Notes: a model not told the origin generated them from the sequence alone. A stretch of DNA of 64,000 nt from a bacterium (GCA_050239825.1 JBFXGO010000006.1:1-64000); one strand, 5' to 3'; positions 1 to 9,912 are shown, counted from the stretch's first letter. A program made the numbers and translations.

Positions 1-552
1 GTGCAGAAAGAACAAGATGAAATAACTTCCCTGCTGAAAGAGGAACTGAAGAAAAACTATCCCGAACTTCAAAACGTTTATGCCAAGACGGACATTTTCG
101 TGTTTGAGGAGAGGGTAAAGCTTCTCTGCTTCCACTGCGCTCATTACAATGAGAAGTGGACTTGTCCGCCCCGCATTCCCAATCTCAACTATGAAAAGAT
201 AATCAAAGAGGATTATGAAAATGCTCTGATAGTTTTTGTGAAGATGAAAGTGGAGGATGAAAACTTTGAAGAGGTGCGCCGGCTTACTACAAATATAATA
301 CACAAATCCCTGCTTCATCTCGAGAAGGTTCTCTATGATGCAAACATGCCCACAAGAGTCTCATTCATAGGCGGAAGTTGCAAGCTCTGCAAGAACGGAT
401 GTGCGGCTGACAAATGCAGAAATCCTTATCAGGCGCGCATTCCGCTTGAAGCAACAGGCTGTAATCTCATAGAATCTTTTAAAAAGGTCGGAATAAAAAT
501 AGAATTTCCTGTTAAAGATTATCTGTACAGGTATGGAGTAATTTTATGGTAA
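1..552 (+). CDS. DUF2284-family Cys-rich metal-binding protein (5' end may lie outside the window)
   Basis: CFHCAHY..WTCPP and GGSCKLCKNGC..KCRNPYQARIPLEATG motifs. Confidence 0.75.
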   Translation: MQKEQDEITSLLKEELKKNYPELQNVYAKTDIFVFEERVKLLCFHCAHYNEKWTCPPRIPNLNYEKIIKEDYENALIVFVKMKVEDENFEEVRRLTTNIIHKSLLHLEKVLYDANMPTRVSFIGGSCKLCKNGCAADKCRNPYQARIPLEATGCNLIESFKKVGIKIEFPVKDYLYRYGVILW

Positions 553-562
553 GGAGAACAAG

Positions 563-1276
563 ATGAATTACATAATTTTGGCGGCGGGAATGGGAACCAG
601 ACTTAAACCATTTACCAACAATTTTCCTAAATGCCTTGTCAATATAGGCAATTCGGAGACGATCATAGAAAGGTGCGTGCGGCTTATAAGAAAGTATGAC
701 AAATCAGCAGATGTGACTGTTGTTGTGGGCTTCAAGAAAGAATCAATAATGGAGAAATTCACAGATGTAAATTTCATCTGCAATCCGTTTTATGAATTCA
801 CAAACAGCATTGTCTCTCTCTGGTTTGCCAGAGACCTTCTTAACAAAGAAACAGTTATTATAAACGGAGACATTGTCTTTTCGGAAGAGCTTGCCAAAAC
901 TTTGGTTAAAAAACCGTTAAAACCTCATATATATATGGATTCATCGATAAAAAAGGATGGTGATTACAATGTTCAGGTCGATGAGGGCAAGGTTGTAGTT
1001 ATGAGCAAGGAGCTTGACGAGTACAGCGGAGAATACGCTGGGATAACAAAACTCGACAAATCAACAGCGGCAAGACTCAAGGTTGAGCTTGAAGACTTCA
1101 TAGACAAAGGATATTTCAAACAATGGTATGAGGATGTTCTCGTCCACATGATTCTTGATTTTGATTTTGAACTCTACTATGAGGATATAGCCAATTTTTC
1201 GTGGACAGAGCTTGATTCAATAAGCCAGCTTCTCTTCACCAAAAAAATACACAGAATGGAATCCGATCATGAGTAA
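563..1276 (+). CDS. Nucleotidyltransferase, LicC/phosphocholine cytidylyltransferase-like
   Basis: IILAAGMGTRL..PKCL, NGD and WTELD motifs; SD AAGGAG. Confidence 0.8.
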   Translation: MNYIILAAGMGTRLKPFTNNFPKCLVNIGNSETIIERCVRLIRKYDKSADVTVVVGFKKESIMEKFTDVNFICNPFYEFTNSIVSLWFARDLLNKETVIINGDIVFSEELAKTLVKKPLKPHIYMDSSIKKDGDYNVQVDEGKVVVMSKELDEYSGEYAGITKLDKSTAARLKVELEDFIDKGYFKQWYEDVLVHMILDFDFELYYEDIANFSWTELDSISQLLFTKKIHRMESDHE

Positions 1277-1895
1277 AACAATTCTCATAACAGGCATATC
1301 TTACGGTCTCGGCAAAGTATTGTTTGAAAGATTTTCAGACAATCCGCAGTATTTTACAGCAGGCATATCAAGAAGCTCGTCGAATACAAAATCAAACAAC
1401 ACGATTGCAATGAAAGCTGATATTACGAAGATTGATGATATTGATGCTTGCCTTTTAAAAATCAAAGACAGTTGGGGCGGATTGGATGTTCTGATAAATA
1501 ATGCCGGCATAGTCGGAGATTTCAAAAAAATAGAAGATTATACAAATGAAGAAGTCAATACTCTGGTTGACATAAACATCAAAGGCACTTTTTTAATGAC
1601 GCAGAGGGCGGTTCGAATAATGAGAAGGCCCGGATATATAATAAACATCGGTTCAACAAGGTCTATTACGGGCGCTCCCAACAAAACACTCTATTCCATG
1701 ACAAAATTCGCTCTGAGGGGGCTCACCCAGAGCATCAATTCGGAGATGAAAAAAGACGGCATTATCTCAACAATTGTCTGTCCGGGTTCTTTCAAGACGG
1801 TTCCTCTCGAATCAATAGCTTTGATGGTTGAGAATCTCATAAATCTTCCTTTTGAAGCTCATGTGCCGGAAGTTATAATCGGCGGGATGCTATAA
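1269..1895 (+). CDS. Short-chain dehydrogenase/reductase
   Basis: TGISYGLG, NNAG and YSMTK motifs. Confidence 0.85.
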   Translation: MSKTILITGISYGLGKVLFERFSDNPQYFTAGISRSSSNTKSNNTIAMKADITKIDDIDACLLKIKDSWGGLDVLINNAGIVGDFKKIEDYTNEEVNTLVDINIKGTFLMTQRAVRIMRRPGYIINIGSTRSITGAPNKTLYSMTKFALRGLTQSINSEMKKDGIISTIVCPGSFKTVPLESIALMVENLINLPFEAHVPEVIIGGML

Positions 1896-1953
1896 ATTAA
1901 AAAAAATCGGATTTTGCCGTATAAAGTCCTTTAAATAAATAGTTTTTATCTTA

Positions 1954-1982
1954 TTGACACTATATAAAAAATTATTTATAAT
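1954..1982 (+). promoter_or_regulatory. Sigma70-type promoter for the 2019-19275 gene run
   Basis: TTGACA (1954-1959), 17 nt, TATAAT (1977-1982). Confidence 0.8.
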
Positions 1983-2018
1983 AATATATTATATCTGTAT
2001 AACACCTTAGGAGGCGTA

Positions 2019-3542
2019 TTGGCTTCATATAACAGTTTTGAACAGGAAATTAAAGAGCTACTGGAAGAGATTGCAAAGAATCCCAAGTCTAAGGCATTTA
2101 TAAAGCTGGGCAATATCTATCTGAAGCTCAAGATGATAAATGAGACTATAGAGGTTATAAACGAAGGACTGCGCTATGCTCCCGACAATCTCTCTGCCTT
2201 GCTTGTGCTTGCCAAAGCGTTCAAAGAGAAGAGAAATTTCAATGAATCCTCCAAACTTTTCGAAAAAATAATTTCCAAAGACCCGCAGAACCTTCTGGCA
2301 GTTCTTTCTCTCGCAGAGATAAAAAAATCTCAGGGCAATATTGAAGAGGCATACAAACTCTTTGACAATGTGCTCTTTCTTGACCCTTCAAATGAAAATG
2401 CCAAAAGAGAGGTTAAGATTCTTAAAAGCCGGATCGAAGAACAGGAGAAGGAGAGGAAGAGAGCGGAGGAGATCAAAAAAAAGAATGAAGAGAGGAGAAG
2501 AGAGGAGGAAGCGGACAGAAATGACAAGGATGAGAAAAAAGACATAAATGATTTTATAATCCAGCATTCTTCGAATCTTGTCACATTTGATGATGATGAA
2601 AAAAAAGAGGAAAGCGCGGGCGCCGAGTCTTCACAGAAGAGCATAAAGGAAAAGCAGGAAGAGACAAAAGAAAAAACCGCTCCTTTGGAGATTAAAAAAG
2701 AAGAAAAATCAGCAAAAGAAGAATCCGTATTGAATAAAAAAGAGACAGATGAGAAATCCATCGGTTCTCAAAAAAATGATGAGCCCAAATCGGAGATACT
2801 CGATGAATCAAAATATGTGAATCCTTCGGTTGACTTCAGCATTTCAAAACCCCCAAAAAAGGATGAGAAACAGAGCGGGAAAACTCCGGTTCCTTTTGAT
2901 CTGCCCGGCTCGCAGAGGGTTCTTTTCTATTCTAAGGAGATGGCGCACATATACATTCAGCAGAAAAAATATGAAAAGGCGGTGGACATATACCAGATGC
3001 TTTTAAGACACTCTCCTGACAATGAGGAGTATGCCGATAAAATAAGAATGCTGAGAGAGGAGATATCCAAAGAGGAGTTCACTATTGACCCTGCGAAAGA
3101 AGAGCAGGAGAAAAAACAAAAGAGCCGCGCGGAGTTTGTCGACAGGCTAAACAAGAGTCTCTCATCCGAAGAGATGACCGCACAGGAGTTCAGGCAGGCT
3201 GAAGAGAAGTATGCCCCGGAATCAACGACTATCCAGAAGAAAGAGATTGAAGATGTAAAACCCGAAAAGAATGAAATTGAAGATAAAGAACCTGAATATG
3301 AAAATTTGAAACAAAAGGAAAATTCTTATTCGCCGCCTTCCGTACCAAAGGATGAAAAGAAAAACGAGTCGGAAGAGAAAGAATCCGCAGATGTGGAGAC
3401 CAAGCAGGAGCCGCATGAAAAGAAGAATGAAACTGAAATTGAGGAGACGGAAGAGACAAAGAGTGAAAAAAACCACATTGCAAAGGCAAGCTTTGATGAT
3501 TGGGTCAAGATAATAAACAAAAGAAAAGAAAAAGGCAACTGA
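2019..3542 (+). CDS. TPR protein with long E/K-rich low-complexity linkers
   Basis: N-terminal TPRs, internal TPR (MAHIYIQQKKYEKAVDIY), C-terminal FDDW helix; TTG start after AGGAGG. Confidence 0.75.
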   Translation: MASYNSFEQEIKELLEEIAKNPKSKAFIKLGNIYLKLKMINETIEVINEGLRYAPDNLSALLVLAKAFKEKRNFNESSKLFEKIISKDPQNLLAVLSLAEIKKSQGNIEEAYKLFDNVLFLDPSNENAKREVKILKSRIEEQEKERKRAEEIKKKNEERRREEEADRNDKDEKKDINDFIIQHSSNLVTFDDDEKKEESAGAESSQKSIKEKQEETKEKTAPLEIKKEEKSAKEESVLNKKETDEKSIGSQKNDEPKSEILDESKYVNPSVDFSISKPPKKDEKQSGKTPVPFDLPGSQRVLFYSKEMAHIYIQQKKYEKAVDIYQMLLRHSPDNEEYADKIRMLREEISKEEFTIDPAKEEQEKKQKSRAEFVDRLNKSLSSEEMTAQEFRQAEEKYAPESTTIQKKEIEDVKPEKNEIEDKEPEYENLKQKENSYSPPSVPKDEKKNESEEKESADVETKQEPHEKKNETEIEETEETKSEKNHIAKASFDDWVKIINKRKEKGN

Positions 3543-3552
3543 CGGAGGTAAA

Positions 3553-4110
3553 ATGGCAACAACAGCTGACATCAGAAAAGGATTTGCATTCGCGCTCGAA
3601 GGGAAGATGTATCTTGTGGTCGATTTTCAACATGTGAAGCCGGGAAAGGGCGGAGCATTTGTAAGAACGAAAGTGAGAAATCTTGAAAACAACAATATGT
3701 GCGAACTGACATTCAATTCCGGAAAATCGCTTGATGAAATAAGGCTTGAAAGAAATCCGTTTCAATATCTTTACAAGGAGCAGAATGATTATGTTTTTAT
3801 GAATACTGAAACATACGAACAGATTTCAATAGATGAAGGCGCTCTTCAGGGAAAGGAGTTGTATCTGAAAGAGAATATGGATGTCAATCTTCTCTCTGTA
3901 GATGAGAAGTTCATTGATATAGAGGTTCCCTTCTTTGTCGACCTCGAAATTACCGAAACCGAACCGGGAATAAAGGGCAATACTGTGTCCGGAGGAAGTA
4001 AACCTGCAGTCTGCGAGACAGGTCTTAAAGTGGTTGTTCCGCTTTTCGTAAATTTGGGAGACAAGATAAAGATAGATACCAGAACAGGAGAATATGTGGA
4101 AAGGGTTTAA
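3553..4110 (+). CDS. efp: Elongation factor P
   Basis: HVKPGKGGAFVR and DTRTGEYVER; SD GGAGG. Confidence 0.97.
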   Translation: MATTADIRKGFAFALEGKMYLVVDFQHVKPGKGGAFVRTKVRNLENNNMCELTFNSGKSLDEIRLERNPFQYLYKEQNDYVFMNTETYEQISIDEGALQGKELYLKENMDVNLLSVDEKFIDIEVPFFVDLEITETEPGIKGNTVSGGSKPAVCETGLKVVVPLFVNLGDKIKIDTRTGEYVERV

Positions 4111-4124
4111 TTCAAGGAGCGAAT

Positions 4125-5225
4125 ATGGAATTAAAAGCATTACTTGAAAAAATGGTTAAGGACGGGGCGTCTGATCTGCACCTGAAAGCGGGCACTCCGC
4201 CTATCCTGAGAATTGACGGCAAGCTCAACATAGTCAAGGATGAACCGATGAGTCCTGATGAATTGAGAAAGATCGCACTGAAAATCATGAACAAAGAACA
4301 GCAGGACGAGTTTACCGCCAAGAAGGAGATTGATTTCGCCATAGGAGTCGCTGGGCTGTCAAGATTCAGGGTTAATGTCTATCTGCAGAGGGGCAGTGTG
4401 GCAATCGCAATGAGAACGATACCGATTTCGGCAAAAACAATTGATGAACTGAATCTTCCTCCTGTTCTCAAAGAGATTGTGATGAAACCGAGAGGTATGA
4501 TTTTGACTACTGGAACAACGGGCAGCGGAAAATCAACGACTCTTGCGGCGATGATTGAATTTATAAATGAAAACACGGCCAGAAATATAATCACGATTGA
4601 AGACCCTATTGAGTATCTTTTCAGGGACAAACACTCTGTCATATCTCAGAGAGAGGTCGGAAATGACACATTTTCGTATGAGAATGCATTGAAGCATGTT
4701 CTCAGGCAGGATCCGGATATAATTCTAATGGGAGAAATCAGAGATATGGACACTATGGATGTGGCTATAAAAGCCGCCGATACTGGGCATCTTGTGTTAT
4801 CTACACTTCATACGCTCAATGCCTCTGAGACAATAAACAGAATCCTCTCCTTCTATCCTCCTCATCAGCAGCAGCATATAAGAGTGCTTCTTGCAACAAC
4901 TCTTGTCGGAGTTCTGTCGCTTCGTCTTCTTCCAAGAACGGACGGGAAGGGCAGAGTTCCGGCTACAGAGGTGATGATAAACACACCTACAATAAAAGAG
5001 TACCTGCTGGACCCGATAAAAACTCTTCTCATTCCCACGGCGATAGATGAGGGGCAGCAGTATCAGATGCATACATTTGATCAATCAGTTATGAGATTGT
5101 ATAAGTCGGGTATAATTACCTATGATGACGCCCTGCAGTCTGTGACCAATGTCGATGAGTTCAAATTGAAACTCAGAGGCATAGAATCAAGCGAGGGCGA
5201 TGCATTTAACACATTTAGGGACTGA
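4125..5225 (+). CDS. pilT: Type IV pilus retraction ATPase, PilT/PilU family
   Basis: ASDLHL, GTTGSGKST, TIEDPIE, LRQDPD..GEIRD, TGHLVLSTLH; AIRNLIRE motif not conserved (PTIKEYLLD). Confidence 0.88.
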   Translation: MELKALLEKMVKDGASDLHLKAGTPPILRIDGKLNIVKDEPMSPDELRKIALKIMNKEQQDEFTAKKEIDFAIGVAGLSRFRVNVYLQRGSVAIAMRTIPISAKTIDELNLPPVLKEIVMKPRGMILTTGTTGSGKSTTLAAMIEFINENTARNIITIEDPIEYLFRDKHSVISQREVGNDTFSYENALKHVLRQDPDIILMGEIRDMDTMDVAIKAADTGHLVLSTLHTLNASETINRILSFYPPHQQQHIRVLLATTLVGVLSLRLLPRTDGKGRVPATEVMINTPTIKEYLLDPIKTLLIPTAIDEGQQYQMHTFDQSVMRLYKSGIITYDDALQSVTNVDEFKLKLRGIESSEGDAFNTFRD

Positions 5226-5232
5226 GGTATTT

Positions 5233-5835
5233 ATGTCATTAGTCAATTACGCGAAGAAAGAGATCATCTGCAAAGTGGTTTATTACGGTCCCGGAAGGTC
5301 GGGAAAAACAACAAATCTGCAGTATATCTTCAGTAAAATACCAGTTGAAAAGCGAGGAGAGATGACATCTCTTGCCACTGAAATGGATAGGACGCTATTC
5401 TTTGACTTTCTTCCGTTTGATGTGGGCAAAATCGGAAATTTCAATGCAAAATTTCAGCTCTACACGGTTCCCGGGCAGGTGTATTATGATTCAACAAGAA
5501 AACTTGTCCTTCAGGGTGCGGACGGAGTCGTCTTTGTCGCAGATTCACAGGTTGACAGAATGGAAGACAATATTGAGTCATTTGAAAATCTTGCCCTGAA
5601 TCTGAAAGAGAATGGATTCAGCATTGACACGATGCCTCTGGTTGTTCAGTACAACAAGAGGGACCTTCCGAATGCGGTTGATATTCAGTCGATCAAAAGC
5701 GCGCTTCAGTTGAGGGATGACTGGAAGACATTTGAAGCTGTGGCAACAAAAGGTGTCGGAGTTATAGAGACCCTTAAAGATGCAATGTTTACGGTTATTA
5801 AGCAACTGACAAGAAGGTATGATAACAAAAGATGA
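5233..5835 (+). CDS. mglA: MglA-family small GTPase
   Basis: YYGPGRSGKTTNL, DRTLFFDF, LYTVPGQVYY, QYNKRD; start moved to ATG 5233 after GAGG. Confidence 0.92.
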   Translation: MSLVNYAKKEIICKVVYYGPGRSGKTTNLQYIFSKIPVEKRGEMTSLATEMDRTLFFDFLPFDVGKIGNFNAKFQLYTVPGQVYYDSTRKLVLQGADGVVFVADSQVDRMEDNIESFENLALNLKENGFSIDTMPLVVQYNKRDLPNAVDIQSIKSALQLRDDWKTFEAVATKGVGVIETLKDAMFTVIKQLTRRYDNKR

Positions 5836-7502
5836 ATGATAGCGACATTAAAGAGTTTCAGGAGATATTCGGTACAAGGCAGAGGCACAGAGATAACTCT
5901 GAGCTTCCCGAAAATCCTTTTCTGAAATCTGAGCTTTCCTACGCAGTCTCCACCGGAACTCTTACATCAAAAGTCATAGTGGTGCAGTCAGCCGACAGTT
6001 CTGCGGAAATATTTGCCGATAAAATGGCAGAATCCATCTCATCTTCATTTCCAGATTTTTATATTTTCAGAATAGACCTAAAAGAGATGGTCGAGCTGAT
6101 GAAATTCAACGCACTTTCGAAATACAAAAAATTTCTTGTTTATTCAAATCTTCTGATAATCGAGAATCTTGAGCAGATAGAGAAGAATAAAGTAGTTTAC
6201 GATGCCATTGTAGAAATCATAAACTCGCTTCACGCCACTTCATATCTGTTGGTAACTGCGAAAAAGAATCTTGAAGATATTGGCATGGATATGAAGACAA
6301 GAAACTTCTTAATGACGGGTAAATTCTTTGCGCTCAAAGATGATTTGAAGAAGCAAGAAAACAGTCCGATCGAGGATTTTGCCGATTTTATAAGTCAGGT
6401 CAAGCAGGAAGCCGGAGTGCAGGAGAATCTCAACGAGGGCGAGAAACGGGAGGAGTTCATCGAAAAACTCTATATATGGGAAATGAAAGGATTCAATGTA
6501 GACAGACTGAAGAATGTGATCAATAACAATGACATCTCCCTCATAAAAAAAGAATTCAGCGATTTCACCGGAAAAATAAGAGAGCTTGTGGAACTGCATA
6601 AAGATTACGGATTGCTTAACATCAGGGAGTTCAAGAAAGAATCTAGGGAAATCGAGGAGATTCTCTTTGATCCGGATAAGCTTGAAACAATCAAGGCGAA
6701 AACGGAGGAATTGAAGGAAAAGATAAAATATCTCAGGATGTTCAGGAATAATGTGAAGCTTTCGATGACCTATGAAACATTTATAACGGATGCGACGAAC
6801 CGCTCAGCGTACAACAAAATAACCGAGGTAATCAACAATGAAAATGCCGAGAAGATAATTATTCTAACAGGGACAAACGGCACTGGAAAGACGCATCTGC
6901 TTAACAGCGTGTGCAATTACTTTCCGGATAACAGAATAATCTTCCTGGATAAAACCAATATTGATTTAGCGGTAAACTCTTCCTATGTGATGAGATATAT
7001 GGAAGACCTTTCGATGATACTGATAGATGATTTTGACATTCTCTTTGAGAACAAAGCGAACAAGGCGGTTCTTAAGAATGTTATTATGAACAATGTGCCG
7101 AAAATTATATCTATGTATAGAAAATTCAGCATTGACGACAGGGAGCTTTTGAATTATCTGAACAAATTTCAATCATTCAACATTCAGCCGACATCTCTGT
7201 TTATAAAGAAAAATGTGTTCAAAACAATGTTTTCGCGTCTTGGAATCCAGACGAATGATTTCATAATGAATTACATGCTTGATACCATTGAATCTCCTCT
7301 TTCATCCATAGAGAAACAGTTCGCACAGCTCTCACAGAATTTATCCGAAGGAGTTCCGACTATAGAGGCGATTGACAGAATATTTCCCCCGGTTGAATCG
7401 AAGAAAGTAGCATCAAAGAAAAAAGGCGAATACGACACATCTCGGCTTATAAAAGAGTGGATAAATGAGCATGACAGGCTCTATGTCGAATTTGAGGTCT
7501 AA
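5832..7502 (+). CDS. DnaA/Hda-like AAA+ protein with a degenerate N-terminal copy and no DNA-binding domain IV
   Basis: TYETFITDATNRSAY, Walker A GTNGTGKTHLL, Walker B ILIDD; N-half has LLIIENLE but no Walker A. Confidence 0.7.
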   Translation: MNDSDIKEFQEIFGTRQRHRDNSELPENPFLKSELSYAVSTGTLTSKVIVVQSADSSAEIFADKMAESISSSFPDFYIFRIDLKEMVELMKFNALSKYKKFLVYSNLLIIENLEQIEKNKVVYDAIVEIINSLHATSYLLVTAKKNLEDIGMDMKTRNFLMTGKFFALKDDLKKQENSPIEDFADFISQVKQEAGVQENLNEGEKREEFIEKLYIWEMKGFNVDRLKNVINNNDISLIKKEFSDFTGKIRELVELHKDYGLLNIREFKKESREIEEILFDPDKLETIKAKTEELKEKIKYLRMFRNNVKLSMTYETFITDATNRSAYNKITEVINNENAEKIIILTGTNGTGKTHLLNSVCNYFPDNRIIFLDKTNIDLAVNSSYVMRYMEDLSMILIDDFDILFENKANKAVLKNVIMNNVPKIISMYRKFSIDDRELLNYLNKFQSFNIQPTSLFIKKNVFKTMFSRLGIQTNDFIMNYMLDTIESPLSSIEKQFAQLSQNLSEGVPTIEAIDRIFPPVESKKVASKKKGEYDTSRLIKEWINEHDRLYVEFEV

Positions 7503-9101
7503 ATGAGCATAAGGGGAAATCTTAAAGAGGCATCTCTTCCTGATGTAATTCAGCTTCTTTCACTCGGAAGAAAAACGGGAGTTCTAAGCGTATCCGACAA
7601 GAAAAATTTCGGAGACATTTTTTTTAAAGACGGTAAAATAATATATTGTTCGATAGTCAACAGAGAGGAGCGCATCGGCAATCTTCTTGTCAAGTATTCG
7701 GATATCACAAAGGAGCAGCTTGAAAAGGCTCTTGAAATCCAAGAAGAGATGAAAGGCATGAAGAGACTTGGAGATATACTTATTGAATCAGGGTACATAA
7801 CGCAGGATATCCTTGTTGACAGAATAAAAAAACAGATAATCGACTCAATTTTCACACTGCTCACCTGGAAGGAAGGATTTTTCAATTTTGAACCGGATAT
7901 CCCGCCCGTGTCTGAAACCATAACGGTTGAGCTTGAAGCAGATGATATTCTGCTTGAAGAGGCGCGCAAGATAGACGAATGGTCGATTATAGAGAGTGAA
8001 TTGCCGAGTGAAAAAGTCATACTCGTAAAAACAAGCATCAAAGATGAAAATACTCTCCAGGAAGAGAATGAAAAGTATGTTTATTCTCTTGTCAACAACA
8101 GGCTCTCCGTAAAGGAAATATTCGATAAGACTGTTTTGGGAAAATATGAAACGGGGAAGGCTATCTATACTCTTCTGAAAGTCGGCTACATCTATTCGGG
8201 AGAGGAGAAGCAGTTGGAAGTTTCAACAGATGTGCAGGCAAAGGTGACCGAACACCACAATCTCGGGCTTGCATTCCTTCTAACTGAAATGTTTGAAGAG
8301 GCATTGCGCGAATTCAGACACATAATTCAAATTGACAAGACTAACATAAAGGCATATTTTTATATAGCGCTTATCTATTTCAGGCTTAAAGAGTATGAAA
8401 AAGCACTCTCTTCGTTTGAGGAGCTTTTAAAGCTGGGGGTTGCCAATGTTGCTCTCTTCAATAATATTGCGCTGACATTTGAGAGACTCAATAACTTTGA
8501 AAGAGCAGACGAATTCTACGAAAGAGCTCTCAAACTGGAGCCGGAAAATGCGAAGATACTCTCCAATTACGGAATTCTTTCATTTAAAATGAATCTTTTT
8601 TCCGAAGCCGAAGAGAAGCTTAAAATGGCTCTGAAGATAGACCCGAACCTCAAGCATGCGTCATTCTTTCTTGCGCTAGTCTATTTTGAGAATGGCATGG
8701 TAAGCGAGTCAACAAACATTCTCTTCTCTCTCGTCAAGCAGGACAATACGATATGGCAGGTCTATTACAACATTGCCGAAATATACATGATAAGCGGCAA
8801 ATCAGAATCTGCGGAATCAATGTTCAAGAAGGCGGTTGAGACATCTAATTCAGATCCTATACCGTACAAAGCGCTTGTTGAGTATTATTTTACAGAGAAA
8901 AATTTTGATGCGGCAGAGAATGTGCTTGAAGAAATAATAAATCTGGGCAAGGCTGATTTTGAAATATTCTACAAGATGGGAAACCTGAAATACAGAAAGG
9001 GAATCAAGAAGGATGCAGTAGAATACTGGGAAAGAGCGCTGGAGCTTCAGCCGACCAATGAAATAGTGAAACGCACTCTGGAGACTGTGAAAAATGGTTG
9101 A
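7503..9101 (+). CDS. DUF4388 domain protein with MshEN-like motifs and C-terminal TPR array
   Basis: GNLKEASLPDVIQLL..KTGVL start; RIGNLLV and RLGDILI motifs; EEARKIDEW; multiple TPRs. Confidence 0.8.
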   Translation: MSIRGNLKEASLPDVIQLLSLGRKTGVLSVSDKKNFGDIFFKDGKIIYCSIVNREERIGNLLVKYSDITKEQLEKALEIQEEMKGMKRLGDILIESGYITQDILVDRIKKQIIDSIFTLLTWKEGFFNFEPDIPPVSETITVELEADDILLEEARKIDEWSIIESELPSEKVILVKTSIKDENTLQEENEKYVYSLVNNRLSVKEIFDKTVLGKYETGKAIYTLLKVGYIYSGEEKQLEVSTDVQAKVTEHHNLGLAFLLTEMFEEALREFRHIIQIDKTNIKAYFYIALIYFRLKEYEKALSSFEELLKLGVANVALFNNIALTFERLNNFERADEFYERALKLEPENAKILSNYGILSFKMNLFSEAEEKLKMALKIDPNLKHASFFLALVYFENGMVSESTNILFSLVKQDNTIWQVYYNIAEIYMISGKSESAESMFKKAVETSNSDPIPYKALVEYYFTEKNFDAAENVLEEIINLGKADFEIFYKMGNLKYRKGIKKDAVEYWERALELQPTNEIVKRTLETVKNG

Positions 9102-9912
9102 TAATGATTATCAGATGCTTATTGACTATATAAGCAGGCATATAAGCATAGACGGAAATCTATACAAAGAGAAACCTTTCAAAAGAAGGCTGAATGTCAG
9201 AATGCGCCATAATAATATGACCGAATATCGCGAGTATCTTGATTTTTTAAGAACAAGCTCGGAGGAGCTTCGAAAATTAAAGGACACGTTAACAATAAAT
9301 GTAACCCGATTCTACAGAAACAGAGAGACTTTTGAATATCTTGAACAGTTCATAATCAAAGATATTTTCAAAAAAAATCAAAGAATAAGGATATTAAGCG
9401 CGGGGTCCTCAACAGGAGAGGAGGCTTACACAATTTCCATGATAATAAACAACAACTTCAGGAATTCTTCCCAAAAGTGTGAAATTGTCGGTATTGATGT
9501 AGACACACTGTCCGTGGAGAGGGCGAAAATCGGAATATACAATGAATTTTCCTTCATGGAGTTGAAGGCGGAGGAGATTGATAAATATTTCAGAAAGAGC
9601 GGAGCTCATTTTGTTTTGAGTGAAGAATTGAAAAAAAATGTTGAGTTCATAATAATGGATATAAAAGAGAGTGATGCTCTTTTAAGGTTGGGAAAATTTG
9701 ATATGATCGTCTGCAGAAATATTTTGATATATTTTTCAAAAGATTTTCAAGAGAAAATAATATCCGATTTTCATAAAATGCTAAAAAATGACGGATACCT
9801 TGTTCTCGGAAAAGTGGAGATACTCACTGGACATGTGAAGGAACTTTTTGAAACAGTGAACAGAAAGGAAAGGGTTTTTAAAAAAATTGCTTATACACAT
9901 ACGAATAGCTGA
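9094..9912 (+). CDS. cheR: Protein-glutamate O-methyltransferase CheR
   Basis: INVTRFYRN, SAGSSTGEEAYT, CRNILIYF. Confidence 0.93.
   Translation: MVDNDYQMLIDYISRHISIDGNLYKEKPFKRRLNVRMRHNNMTEYREYLDFLRTSSEELRKLKDTLTINVTRFYRNRETFEYLEQFIIKDIFKKNQRIRILSAGSSTGEEAYTISMIINNNFRNSSQKCEIVGIDVDTLSVERAKIGIYNEFSFMELKAEEIDKYFRKSGAHFVLSEELKKNVEFIIMDIKESDALLRLGKFDMIVCRNILIYFSKDFQEKIISDFHKMLKNDGYLVLGKVEILTGHVKELFETVNRKERVFKKIAYTHTNS

Noticed and set aside
5199..5225. PilT C-terminus AFNTFRD as a CheR-tethering pentapeptide
   Set aside because: NWETF-type motifs end at the terminal Phe; two extra residues follow here, so the match is weak.
5832..7502. Chromosomal replication initiator dnaA
   Set aside because: No domain IV, no dnaN/gyrB/rpmH context and no DnaA-box cluster nearby.
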